Below are positions 28,001 to 42,200 of a DNA stretch of 64,000 nucleotides, piece after piece (the stretch's first letter is position 1; each line of letters opens with the position of its first letter). Under the pieces are notes generated by a model that had not been told where the DNA came from, did no database searches, and was given only the letters and a program-made list of their open reading frames with translations. A program made the position numbers and the translations under genes. The DNA comes from Octopus bimaculoides (taxonomy: Eukaryota), in contig NC_068989.1 in the NCBI RefSeq assembly GCF_001194135.2, positions 714,057-778,056 on the forward strand. Direction: 5' to 3'.

Positions 28001-31000
28001 CTCTGTTCAAAATTCTATGGCTACATGAGGCATTGACCAAGCCAAGTGTATGAGAGCAGAAACTTGCTGAAATGTGAGGTTTGACCATTCCTGAACCTGA
28101 GACTGTTTGTGATAGCAAAATGAATTGCTTAACCTCCTCACAAAGTTGTCTAACCCCAAGTCAGCTCTGGTTGAACCAACCTATGATCAAAAGCATTCCA
28201 ATGGTGACCATTCCATCTTTGTCTTATCTGCATGGAACCCAAGACCACATTAGCCAGTGTGACATAGATGATAGTGTAATTTCTAGGTAGGTATGGCTAC
28301 TCTTTCTAGCAGCTTGACTGACCACATAGAGGGGAAAAAACGTGTTTGTATTTTCAATATGTTTTGACCATCTTTTCCTTAAAAAATGTTGATATTAATT
28401 CATTATGAAATCTGTTAACAAGAACTGGTTTGAACGCTATTAAAACATTTTGCAATTGGTTAAATACTTCATATTTTAGTGCCAAATGGCACAGAAGTCT
28501 TTAGCAATAGATGTCTTTATTAACATATGACTGGCCAAAGGTCTTTCAGCAAACGATGTCTTGTAGTTGCCAGTGATAAGTTATTTCTCTCCAGTAATCT
28601 AGATCTGTCACTTGAGGTTACAGTAATAAATGATTTCTCTGACATTTAATGTAAATTATTTGTCACTTTGAATTTACCTGCCATTGAATACCTAACAGCT
28701 GAGGATCAAGGAATAATCTGTGATTGTTTTTATTGTAATTTCTTATATTTTTTAATGAATGAATTTTCACAAAAGCGTTACAACTAGTCACTTAATGAAG
28801 TAATTACAGCCCATGAAATGAAGGATCTGCAATTTGTATCTTGTAACCAGCTTTGTGCTATATTCCTGGTTCAAAGCAAGTCTAGTTCATCTGACCAAAT
28901 ATAAAGATGATACAATTCCCTGTTGAAATCAAAGAGTAGGAGGAACACCATAGTTGAGGAATGTTGCATTATTTTGTACTGTGAGCTCAAACTCCAACAA
29001 ACTGGTTTGCTATCCAGGAGGATATGACTTATCTGTTCAATTGCAAAGATTAGTATAATCTCTCTCTCAGTAATAGCAGGTGATAAACTAGGATGCTGAT
29101 TATTATTAAGATTAGTGTATTCATGAGTTTTATAATTGTGCTAAGATTATAGTATGAATTAATCTTGAGTTAGCATTTTTTTTTTTTTGTGGCTAATAAC
29201 CTTTGACTAGATTCGGAGCTTGGTTCTCTTTTTTTCCCCATCAACCTTTTAATGCTTTGTTGTCCCAGCATCATGATGCATGTGTAACCTGAATGAACTG
29301 AAGAGTGATATTAACCATTTTATTCCTTCGTTCCCTTATTATTTTCTTTGGAACAAGAGAATAGAAAACTTAAAATTAAAGAAACCAATGTTTTTATTTT
29401 CCCCCCTCAGGGTGGAGGGAGACAGTCAAGGAAATTAATTTGCTGGCTAAATTATAGAATTAATTTTAATTCCACTTGATTTTGAACTAAGATTCTTATG
29501 GGTTGATTATAAATACCTTTCACACAAACATTTACTGTGTATTTAGCAAGAAATTTAATTTTTGTTATTGCCTGGGTGTGGTTAAGAACTTGGTTTCCCA
29601 ACCATGAGACCTTCAGTTCAATCCTGCTACACAACATCTTGAAATTCTTCTACTATAGCCATCAATTGACTAATGGTTTGTGAATGAAATTGGTTGATGG
29701 AAACTGTGTTGAAGCCTATTGTTTGTCTTTACATTAACATCTTTTGAGAAAAGATGGGTCTGTAACTTGGCAATACAATTAAGAGATTGCTAAAGAAAAA
29801 AAGTCCCAGGTTTCAAAATAAGTACGGGGGTGGTGGTGATAGAATTAATTAGTAATTAATAGGTATTTGTTAATCAATGTGGGTGTTATTGACTTCAGAA
29901 GAGGAAGAAATAGAGATTATACCATTCCTATATTTCCCAGCAAAGTAAATGGAAGTTGCCACTGGGAATCAGAATCCAGTTCTGTATTCAGCTCAAGAAT
30001 TTTATACTTTCCAAAGGCCACTTCTATAGAAATCTCAAGCAACATGCATTTCCCCATTTTTCATTATTATACAAAATTATTTTGGAGATTCTAACAACTG
30101 CTTGCACATTTAGTTACTTATATTTAGCTTCCATGTTTGATTATTTCTAATTTTTCTTGTGTTATTTTCTGTTTTGCTTGATATTCATTTTGTGTGTTAA
30201 TTGTTCAATCAATCTTCAATAAGTAGATTTTAAATTGTATACTAATTAACACCTCCCACCCCTGGGTTTTGTTTGTGCCTTTTGATGTTTTTGTTTTGCT
30301 TTTGTTTAAACAAGAGCAATGTTTTTTGCTAAATTTTTGTTGTCAGCATGCATACAAATTTTATATTGTGAACATTTTTTTTTATTCCTAACAAAAGTCT
30401 GTGTACATTGAATGTTTAAGTAAATCATCATCATCAAAACTTTATATACTTATTAATTACTAAATTATTTTAGGCCACTAACCTCTTAGGAACGCATTTA
30501 GTATTTGCACTCATTGACAAATTGATGTGCATAACAGTGCATAAGATTTTATTAGTTTTGCACTTTTATTACATTATTTCACAACAATGTGACCCAATTA
30601 TCATCATCATCATCATCGTTTAACGTCCGCTTTCCATGCTAGCATGGGTTGGACGATTTGACTGAGGACTGGTGGACCAGATAGCTACACCAGGCTCCAA
30701 TCTGATCTGGCAGTTTCTACAGGTTTTTTAAAATCTCTTATCATAGACACAGATTTATATTACGCTTGGTTAATAGAAATATAGAAAAAGTAATGGAGAA
30801 AAGCGCATTCTAATTGTATTCTATAAATATTGGATAACATACCTTGAGGTTTTGAATGCTTCTTCATCCTTTTCTTGTACACTTTTTATCAAGGGTTGCT
30901 TTGGCCAATCTTATGGAAGTGCAGCCTGTTTAACTACTGAGGCAATGCAATAACTACATTCACATAGATCATCATCATCATTATCATCAATGATTAATGT

Positions 31001-32004
31001 CTCTTTCCTATGCTGGCATGTGTTGGACGGTTCGACAAGAGCTGAAGAGCTGCCCAGGCTCCATGTCTGTTTTTGCATGGTTATTATGTGCTCTTGCACA
31101 ACACCAGCACTCATGACCTGCATGATTAGGGTTGCTCAGCTGAAGAGAGATGCAAGGACCACCATGATTTCATGATTTCACTTAGCTTGATGTGTCTTTC
31201 TCAATAAACAGTCAACCACCAGAAGTCTTGCTCCCTTGTCATCCTCTCTGCGAGGCTCAGCGTCTGACAGTTCCTTATTAGACAAATGGTTTTTGTAACT
31301 GATACACTTTCTGTTACTACAGGATTGGGAGCTGCTGGTCAGCTGGGCAGAGTAATGAATCTGGGTCAGAAGTATCAAATTGTTGGATAAGGTGATGAAA
31401 GTCATGGAGAGGGTCATGGCCCAAATAATTGGGGAGAGTTAGCTGAGATGAAATGCAGTTTGGTTTTGTGCCAGGGAGAAGCACCACTGATGCTATATAT
31501 CTGGTAAGGCTGTTGCAGGAGAAATACTTGGCTTTTGTTGACATGGAGGAATCCTTTGACAGGGTCCCCCAATCCCTTATCTGGTGGTCAATGTGGAAAT
31601 TAGGGATAGACGAGTGGTTGGTGAGAGCTGTACAAGCTATGTACAGGGATGCTGTCAGTAAGGTGAGGCTTGGCAATGAGTACAGCGATGAATTGATTTC
31701 CCTCAAGCCAACTGAAATCCTAGTCATGGCTGATACTGGTGTCATGCAAACGGCACCCATGCTAGCAGCAGGCAAAAGCACCTGTCACACCCTTGAAGTG
31801 ACTGGCGTTAGGTGGTGCATCCAGCTCTAGAAGCTATGACAAATCGGACTGAAGTCTGGTGCAGCCCCTCAGCTTGCCAGCTCTAGTCAAACAGTCTAAC
31901 CCATGACAGCATGGACAAATGAACATTAAATGATGATGATGATTATATAGATATGGTGCTCCAGCATGGCCAGAGCCTTTAGGCAGTAACATAAAAATAA
32001 ATAA

Positions 32005-32035
<31 letters not shown>

Positions 32036-35000
32036 TTCATGCCCTATTCAGTTGTTTAGCTTTGCTTTTCAATGAATTGTTTGTTTTACTAACCATACAG
32101 TTACATAATTAATTACCGTACATTTTAATTAAGATATGTTATAAATTTTTGAAATACGGGTTTTGTGTGTGTGTTTTCTTTGGGCTTAAGCTTTTTGTTT
32201 TTAATCCTACATTATTTCAAATTTCTTTTCTTGGTAAATTAGAATTGGATTTACTTAAATTGTTAAATAATTTCTCTATTTCAAATGTGCTGCTTTTTTG
32301 TAAAGAAACTATAAACCAATTTCTGTTGTACCCTTATAGAATATATTGATTCTCACAAACTTGTTGCTTTTGTATCGAAAGTTCATTTTTTTGTTTTGTT
32401 TACCAAAGTTTTTAAAGCTGTGACATTTATAAGACTATTCATAGAAATAATTAAATAAATATTTTTTAAAAAATAGTTTAAAAAATTACTTTCAAATACA
32501 TTAAGTAATTTGTAAATGGATTTGTTTGCTTTATTAGAATCTTGCAAAAAATATTTATATGGAAATGTTTGAATAGAAACTGAAAAAACAAAAAAACTAG
32601 TTTGTGTTCCTGAGAAATAGTTTGAATCGAGGATATTTTCATTCAAGGCACGATTAATTACCAGACAAAAGAGCTGTTCTTGCAACTTGTTTCATAGGAT
32701 GTGTTTTCTGGGTTTTATTTGGTTTTTTTCCATAGTTCTTTTCATATTCTTGTAGCTATTGTGTTCTTGACTCTAAGATTTTCTTAGATTTTAATTCTGC
32801 ACCATAATACCATAGTAACACAACCCACACTACAGGAAAATAGATTACATGACTAAAATGGTTCCTTAAGACAAGAATATCTGATGAACCTTATCAATAC
32901 AGCTATCTACAAGACCCAAAACATTCCAGTGACAACACTGAGAAAAACAAACCAAAATAATAAAAAGGACAAAAATCCCAAAATCCCAAATCTTCAGATC
33001 TGTTTGACAACAAATGCGAGAAAGTTCTCCAAAAAAGTTAACAAGAAAAGAATTTTTTTTTAAAAATTCTCCACACCAAAGTTAAGAAAGAACTTACTAG
33101 ATCTATGAACTAAAATTTATATTATCAAAAAATAAACTAAACTGATTAGAACTACCAGTGAAGTCATTCTTTTCCTTTTTTCAAATATATACATATATAT
33201 ACATATATACACACACACACAGCACCCCTTTACTATTGTAAACTGATACTGTTATTTAACAGATGATCAGCTTGGAAGTACACCAATGATTTCTTTTTGT
33301 TTCTATTAACAGAGTACATTCTGTCAAGCTCAGCTTGGTGTAAGTCAATTTTGTATTTTCTTTCCTTTGCATGATGTAATGACTCTTAGTTGAACTACTA
33401 ATGTTTTTGGTTTGAATCTGGTAGCCTCCAATTAAGCACTGTCTTGTCTCGAAAAGTCTCTGTATTTTGTGTGAAAACCTTCAATCCTTGGCCACTTGAT
33501 GTTGTTGCTTTTTGTTCCTATGTCTGTTGTTTCCAGGTAAGTAGTTTTGTTTGTGGTGGTTCATGTTATGAATAAAAAAACTCCCCTTACACAACAGTGA
33601 TTAAAGAAAGGACTTTCAATCTAGTTCCTGTGTTAAACACACAACACTTTGTAGTGTGTGTCTCCGTCCTTCACTTGTAAACAAACAGCAGCGTAGTTTG
33701 GCTGTTCCCCTCCATCCAAGCACTTTTGACTCCCTTGCCTCTCCTCCACCTCCTCTCATCACCCATGCTTGTGTGTCCAAGTCCCGAGCCTGCACTAACC
33801 TCCATCACCAATCCTTCCTCCTTCCACAGAATCTCAATTGTCTTTCATTTCTTTGTTGCACTTGCTTTTCCTGCAGCCATCGACTTACAGGTGTTTCAAC
33901 AGAATGCCAATGGCATCCGTCTTCTTCTTATTGTTGTTGTTGTTGGAGGGGCTGGGAAGAGGCTGGGCTCAGCTTCTTACTCAAAATAATAATAATAGTA
34001 AAAAGAGAAAAAAAAAACCCCAGACAATTATGGATGCCCCAATCATAATAGTCTCTTTCTGCATGTATATATTTGTGTTTCATATGTATGTGTTTGTGCT
34101 TCTATGAGTATTTGTGTGTGTGTGTGTGTGTGTGTATACATGAAAATAACCCAAAAGTCCACCTGACCTTTTTCTGGAAAACATTTAAATGCTGTGTTGT
34201 GGGACTCTCTCTATATTCACTTTAGATGACTCTGGACATACACATAGGATAGATACAATGTGCAATAATAGAAGACTCTTGCCAAAATGGTGCCATGTAT
34301 CAGGGTGGGACCTAAACCATATGGTTGTTGTATAATGAACTTGTTGATCAGCCATATATAAAACTGGAAATATTGATATCAGTTCTGGACGAACAGATTA
34401 TTTCCAAGGATGAATTATGGAAACATTGAGTTTTACTTAGGAGAAAAATCTTATGTATTTTCTGAAAGCATCAAAAAACTTAAGATCTCTAAGTGGGTGG
34501 CCATGAGAAGGAAGTGGTGATCCTTTTGCCTTTTTTAAGGTCATTTCAATTGAAATTGAGTAACAAATGTTTCAATTTTATGTTGAAATTAAAAACTTTC
34601 ACCACAATTACTTGAATAACTACTTTCAAGTGGAATCTATCAAATGTCATTCTTTCAATTGTTGTTGGACTTTTAGATGCTGTTTTCTTCATTACAGGTT
34701 TGTATTGTGACATAGGCTTCCAAGGAATGTTTGTTTTTATATAATGTGTTTGTGTGGGTGTAGTTTTTATTTGCACTCTGCTTCAGTTTGTATAGTTATA
34801 TGCACACACACAGCTCTCTAGTTGCAATTCATTTTTGCCAACAATGCCATATCGTTTTCCAATCACTGCTTGAATACTGATTATACCTCAGGTTGAACAT
34901 TTAAAATGTATTCTGTTGGTTCCCCAGGTTACAGATAATAGACCATGATTAGTAACTTAGTAACATTGTAATCAGAGATATTTGTAGCACATAAAAGATT

Positions 35001-36236
35001 ATTTACTTTTAATTTCTTGAAGTATGAAATAAATTAATTTGTATTATTCAACCGTTTGTACTATTCTTATTCTCAGGAACTTTAAATTTAACTTTTATCT
35101 TTAGATTCCATGGATTTTTCACTGAAATCAATGAACAAGACATTGGCCCGACTGCATTTGTTGATTCTTGTGTAATCTTACCTGAATTTCCTCCTCAAGT
35201 TCTGCATTCATTAATAGGTATTTTATTTTCTACCTTCTCTTCAGCGTTCACCAATATTGAAGCGAAAATCATCAGGTGATCTAAGCGCCAATTCCAGCAA
35301 TTCCAAGATTGCTCACCATGACATGGCCAATGATGTAGAAACAAAGCAGCAGCATGGTCTCTTCTCCAAACAGACCAAAGCTATTGTATATGGAATGCAG
35401 CAACGGGCTGTACAAGGGATGCTGGACTTTGACTATGTCTGCTCCAGAGATGAGCCTTCAGTTGTTGCTATGATGTACCCCTTTACGTAATTATCTTTTT
35501 TTCAATTCAATTTTTCTTTGTTATTAAGAGTAAGGAAGGTGGTGGGCGAACAGAATCCCAGAATCCTTAGTGGCATTTCTTCTGACTTTATGTTCAGGAA
35601 TTCAAATTCCTGCAAAGTCAGTTTTGTGTTCCATCCTTTCAGGGTCATAAATAAGATAAGAACCAGTCAATCACTGGGGGTTGATGGAAGTGGCTAAACC
35701 CCTTCTGCCAAAAGTTCAGGCCTTCTGTCTATTGTAGAAAGAACAAGTAATGGGATTGCCATCTAATATTTTGTTATAGCCTTTCCTTCTTTCCATCATA
35801 TTCTTGTTCCTTGCACCTTCCCATCCATTCTGGCACTTCTAATATCATTTCTCTCTCTTTTGGTCCCCCCCTCTCAAAAATTTCTCGCTTTGCTGTCATC
35901 ATTGTCCCCTCTCAATGCCCACCTTGGTCTACAAGCTTTGACTACTGACCACTCTTGACACATACCCTGTCCTAGGCGCTTCTCCCACCTACTCTTCCCA
36001 CTGTGAACGGTTTGGTTGAAGAAACAGAGAGTGCTGTGTGGTTGTGGAGTCCCTCTTGTCCCGTTTCTAGTATTGCTACCATGAGAAAATTATCCCAGTA
36101 TATTTTGTAAAGTGGTTGGCAATAGGAAAGGCATGTAACCATAGAAACTAGACCAAATAATATGTACCAGCACCAGTTTATCAGGCTGATCCAACCTGTG
36201 CCAACATGGAAACTGGTTATAAAATGAGAATATGAA

Positions 36237-36267
<31 letters not shown>

Positions 36268-39200
36268 TCTCTCTCATTGCATGCTTGCCTGCCTGGATTA
36301 GATGAAATTGGTGGTTGGAGGCTCTTCTTGTCTTTTTCTAAGCAAGAGTATATTTCCTCATTGTGAGACATGTTTGCAGATTGGAAATGGACACCTCTTG
36401 CATGATGGTTATTTGATGTCAAGGCAAGGAGGCAGTTAGTCTCTCTCACCCACCTCTCTTTCTCTCACTCACACACACACACACACACACACATCAACAG
36501 TATTGTTTTGTTTTTTTTCCAGTGGTGATCACCGACAGAAATTTTATTGGGGCCACAAAGAAATTCTCATTCCTGGTAAGTTCTTTTATAGAAACATATT
36601 CTCAATAAATCCTTAATTGTCAACCTCATCTTCAATAATGAAGCAGTTTTCAATATCTACATTCCACATCTATTTTCATCAATAGGAATTAAGAATTTCA
36701 TTGTGAGAATCATTGAAATATTTGCTTTCTAAATTTTTATCACCAAATGGATGATTTACTATCTTTGATCTGTCTCAACAGAATGGAATGTATTGGATGT
36801 AATTCCGATATCATCATCATCATCATTTAGCATCTGGCAGGAGTTTGACTGGAGACGGTAAACTGGAGAGCTGTGCCAGGCTCCAGTCTGTTTTGGCTTG
36901 GTTTCTATGGCTGGATGACCATTCCACAGAGTGTACTGAGTACCTTTTATGTGTCACTGACACAGGTGCCATTCACGCATCACTGGCACTGGCTGTGACT
37001 ACAGCTTGATATGTCTTCTTAAGCCCAGCAATTTACCATATGTCTCAATTACTCATCATCACTTCCATAAATTAAGTCATTGTCTTTTTTTTTTCTCTTG
37101 CACTTTTTGCTAAATATTTCAAAATATTTTACTATATTATTAAACATTTCTATATATTTAATTTCATTTAATGTTTTTTAGTTTACAAGAATATGGCAGA
37201 TGTCATGAAGAAACATCCTCATGCTGATGTCTTGGTGAATTTTGCATCTCTACGTTCGGCTTATGAAAGTACAATGGAAACTCTCAACTACCCTCAGGTT
37301 CGAATCACATTCGTTTGCTGTACTTTAGTTTTTTTTTGTTTTTTTTTTTATCCTTTGTAATTTTGGAATTTCCTCCTCAGTCACATTTTCCCTAACATCC
37401 ACCCTACAGATGTTCACACTGACCATTTGTCGTTTAGATTTCACCAGGGTTGGAGAGAGCTGACAAATGTCATGAGCTTTGTGTCTCCTAACTTTGAGTC
37501 ATTCATCAAAACAATGGCTATAGCACAGTTTTGGTGAGAAAGTACAAACCATTGTCCCATTAGCTTTGCAAATTAGAAGAAACCTATTGATTCATCTGAC
37601 TTCAATGCTTCACTGAAATTTACTACACACTGTACAGAATATGTCTTTAACTGGAATCACCAGTGTTTGTCTTGGTGAGTGGTGATGTGTACGAGTGACA
37701 CTCAGTACAGTCAAGTAAAGAAATAAAAAATTTTTGGTGAAAAGGAAATATCTGAAGCAGTTTTAGCTTCACTTGTGAATGGCAACTCAAATTCAATGGT
37801 CTTTTCATTCTTCTCATCCATTAGCATAAGTCATTTGCTGCTTCTCTTGGGTATAAATGGTAATCTTAGACTTTTTGAGATTTCTCATTCAACCGTAAAA
37901 TATTTCAGGGTTGAATACTTTGCAAACATTACAGTGAATAAATTTAAGTAGTTAATTAATACAGACTCCAGACGAGCAATTAGTAATTAGAAGCTTAAAG
38001 CTTGTATTTAACAAGAAAGAAAAATATAATTTCAGTAAAATGACCAGCATGGTAGAAAAGCAAGTAATGTAACATAGGGTTAGTAAAGTTATCTCCCCTG
38101 AGAGGGTTGTTACTATTTCACCCCAGGTCGACCGTAACCAAGTAGACTCTAGATCATAATCATTCTAACTGTTATCATCCCATCTCATTTTCAGTCATAA
38201 TGTAACTAGGATTACATTATCAAATGTGTCCTTCCTTTTTTAAGATGGTAGGAGATGACTACAAAGAAATTTGGCTGCCATTTCTAAAATGTCAGCGACC
38301 ATGCACAAGCTTCCTCATTAGTTTGATTTCCCAGCAATTTTCACACGATTTATGTAAATCATAAACACACACACATTTTGTTTTTTCAATTTTTAATATG
38401 TTTATTGTATTTTATTCCTTCTGTTTGTTTTATTCATTAAATTTCATTATAGATACGAACAATTGCAATCATTGCTGAAGGAATCCCTGAAAACCTCACC
38501 AGACAACTAATCATGGAAGCTAACAAGAAAGGTGTCTGCATAATTGGCCCTGCAACGGTACGGGTTTTTCTTTTTTTTCCCCCATTTTTAAAGGAAATTT
38601 TGCAACTGAAATTGGGAAGTTTATGTCTTCTTTGCCAGAGCTTTCCCAACAGTAGTGTTGTGGTGTACCTCTATGTGTGTGTATGTGTGGTTATATGCTC
38701 TTTAATCCAGCCATATCCCGTCCAAATATTCTCCCTGTTTTATGTCAAAACTGACCAGATCCAGCCTCTCACACCTTCCCTACAATGTCACTCTAGTCGT
38801 GGTTGTAGTTTTATTATTTCTTTATGGTATTTCTGTTAGGTGTAATGGGACAAAATATTGACCTGTTTATAATTTTAATGCATTCCCTAGAATTGAGTTA
38901 TAAGTTGCAATAATGAAGTCAATCCAAACAGTGATATTTTGAAATGTCTTAACTGAGGAAGGTCTTACGTAATGGATGGATGTCCCATTACATATATTAT
39001 GCAAGTGTGGCTGTGTGGTAAGAAGCTGGCTTTCCAACCACATTGTTCAGGTTTCAGTCCTGCTGCGTGACACCTTGGACAAGTGTCTTCTACTGTTGCC
39101 TTGGGCTGACCAAAGCCTTGTGAGTGGATTTAGTAGACAGAAACTGAAAGAAGTCCAATGTTGGTGTGTTTCTGCCTCTGTAACTTAGCGGTTTGGCAAA

Positions 39201-42200
39201 GAGACAAACAGAATAAGTACCAGGCTTACAAAGAATGAGTCTAGGGATTGATTTCTTCAACTAAAAGCAATGCTCCAGCATGGCCGCAATCAAATGACTG
39301 AAACAAGTAAAAGAATATTTATTGCACAGACCTGAAACATGTATTAAATGATTTCAAAATATCACTGTCTGGTTTGCAACTTTATATGTGTGTGTGTGTG
39401 TGTGTACATATATACACACACACACACATTGTATGCTGTGTTGTATATGTTTGTTTTTTGCTATTATTTCACCTTTTACCCTCAAACAGGTTGGTGGAGT
39501 AAAACCTGGTTGTTTCAAAATTGGAAACACAGGTGGCATGCTGGATAACATTTTATCTTCAAAACTCTACAGACCTGGCAGGTAAGGCTTAATAATTCCT
39601 TGAAGTGATCAGTTTCGCTGAGATGGCATAATTGCTTAGAGCAGTCTAGGTTTAATTCTAATTTGAAATCCTTTTTCTTTGGTAAAGGCATGAATGTCAC
39701 TAACTCTCATATCATTGTTTATTAATCTAAAGCTCAATGCTCTTCTTATAAATAGTTATTTTATAGTAATTATATTTCATTATGAGGTGACAAAGCTCTC
39801 ATGCCTTTCTTACAGGAATTACAGACTTAAATGAATTAATTGCAACAAAAAAAACTGTGACCTGGTCATGTATTTGGCTTTTTCTTTGTTTTAATGATGT
39901 CCTGTGTAAAAGAATCCTTAATTTTGTTAACCTTTTTATTTTCAGCGTAGCGTATGTATCTCGTTCAGGTGGGATGTCAAATGAATTGAATAATATCATA
40001 GCATTAAACACAAATGGAGTCTACGAAGGTGTTGCTATTGGTGGAGACAGGTGAGAAAATAATCCATGGTTAAATTACTTTTCATTTTTACCCATGCCAG
40101 CATGGAACGATGATGATGATGATGTTGTTTAGAAAATAAAGACAGAAATTCATTCTTTGGTGACAAGATACCTTTCTTTTTGTTTCAGCATGATTTCCTG
40201 ACTGTAGAGGGGTGGAGAACTCTGAAAAAGTTCTTTCTAACGTATTTTAATAAGTCAATCAATGCAACTCAGTTTTTTCTTCTTACAGAGACAACTGATG
40301 CCTTTTATTTGCAAAGTTTCCTTCACATTCTTTGGAATGTGCTGCAACTGTTTCTGTGAAAGGTTGAAAATTGTTGGTACCATATAAAGTTGTTAACGCC
40401 TTAATCGTTTTCATATGATACTAAGAAAGTTAGACTCTTCTTAGCTTAAACTATTAATAGTATAACTTATCAACAAGGACACCTACCAATATTCATCTTG
40501 CACGCACACACACACACACACACACACGTGTATATGTGTTTTGCAGTAATTTAAATCTGATTCTCCATTTGCATCTGAGTTTAATGTCCATCTTTGGAAG
40601 TGGAAATAATTTAAAAACGGTTGTTTAGTTTAGATTAAAATAAATATGATTTTTTTTTTAAAACTAAGAGTGAATTTTTATTTCAAAATATGTCTTTGTT
40701 TAGATATCCTGGCACAACATTCCCTGATTATATAATGCGGTATCAAGAACAAGAAGATGTGAAGATGATAGTTCTTCTGGGAGAGGTAATCTCAAGAGTT
40801 TTAAGGGCTTTTTCTTTTTAAAGATCATTGTAGAGATTGCATGTGTGTGTGTGTGGGGGGGGGGACTTCATGATGTTACCATAAAAGAATGTAGAAATAG
40901 ATGAAAGATCCTGTGATGATAAAGTAGCTGTTGATTAGTGTTATCATCACCAGCTGTTTATTATATTATGTAGTGCAGACTAGCTTTAGTTACTGTTATA
41001 TTTGTCTTGCCTTGGCTCCTCATCTTCTGGTGGAATTGCAAGTGTGCCATCATGGTACATGGTTTGGGTAAATTTTTAGAATTGTCAGAGCCTATCCCTC
41101 TCCAGATCAGACTACAGCAGATTTCTTCAAGAGAGAGAGAAAGAAAAGAATTAGTACCAGTACAGCATTAGTACCCAAAACAACAAAAGGCAAGTTTGTG
41201 TCTGGCAATTTTTGAAGTCAGATCACAGTGAGCCAGAATGGACAGATAACTCTACCGGTTCATCAGCTTGTAGATTGGCACTGCTTACAGTGTTATATTT
41301 ACCAATATCAACTGTAAATGTAACCTTTACAGTATGGAGTATAAATTTGCTCCAATTTAAAATTCTCAATATTATTGTTTCATGTAAAATTTTGAATAAT
41401 ATTTTTACATCCATTTAGTTTAGAAGATAATTATTTTACAAACTATTTACACGTTAAGAGAATTGATTGACATTTAAGAAACTTATGATTTTTTTTTAAC
41501 AATAACTCATATGAGATGTCTAAAAATGTATCGATCTGTGTGTTATGCAAAGCTTTTGTCTCTCCTCAGGTTGGTGGTGTTGAAGAATACAAAGTAATTG
41601 AAGCGATGAAGGCTGGTAAAATCACCAAACCTCTTGTGGCTTGGTGTATTGGCACATGTGCCCGAATGTTTACCTCTGAGGTATTTTAGCTGATTTTATC
41701 TTCATTTCTCTTAAAACACCACTAGTATTCATCATCATCATCATGGTTTAACATCCGTTTTCCATGCTGGCATGGGTTGGACGGTTTGACTGGGGACTGG
41801 CAAGCCAGGAGGCCTAGTGCAGCCTCCTGGCTTGCCAGTCCCCACCACTCTTTTGTATCGTTCACAAATGCAGAACACGTTTACTTTTCCTTCATCTCTA
41901 CACTTGGCTCCCTTTGGCCCCGCCGCCTCACCTACTTTTAAGTGGCCACACTGGACCCTTTGCCTCCCCTCCTGTCCTGCCTGTTACTCTTATTTCTTTT
42001 GTACTCCACAATCTGTGCATTTGTCATCACTCCATCTTATGGATCGCATGGGTTTCCCTTACCTCCCTGTCGTCTCAGTCAGATTGCTTTGAATATAGAA
42101 ATACCAATCTCAGGATGTTGAGTCCTTCTCATCACTGTTGTCTCTGCCTCTGTCACTCCTGCTTCTCACTCGGTAAAAAGAAGCTGGCAAGTAAGCAGAC

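Noticed and set aside
32383-32685. 100-aa minus-strand ORF
   Set aside because: Low-complexity AT-rich codons (N, K, I, L, F), no motif, and no ATG start.
33263-33277. Second acceptor (taacag) upstream of the 27-nt micro-exon
   Set aside because: The donor is weak, the following intron would be only 35 nt, and read-through hits TGA.
35105-35217. Apparent acceptor/donor pair just before exon 13
   Set aside because: It would leave a 27-nt intron, and it has a stop in phase 0.
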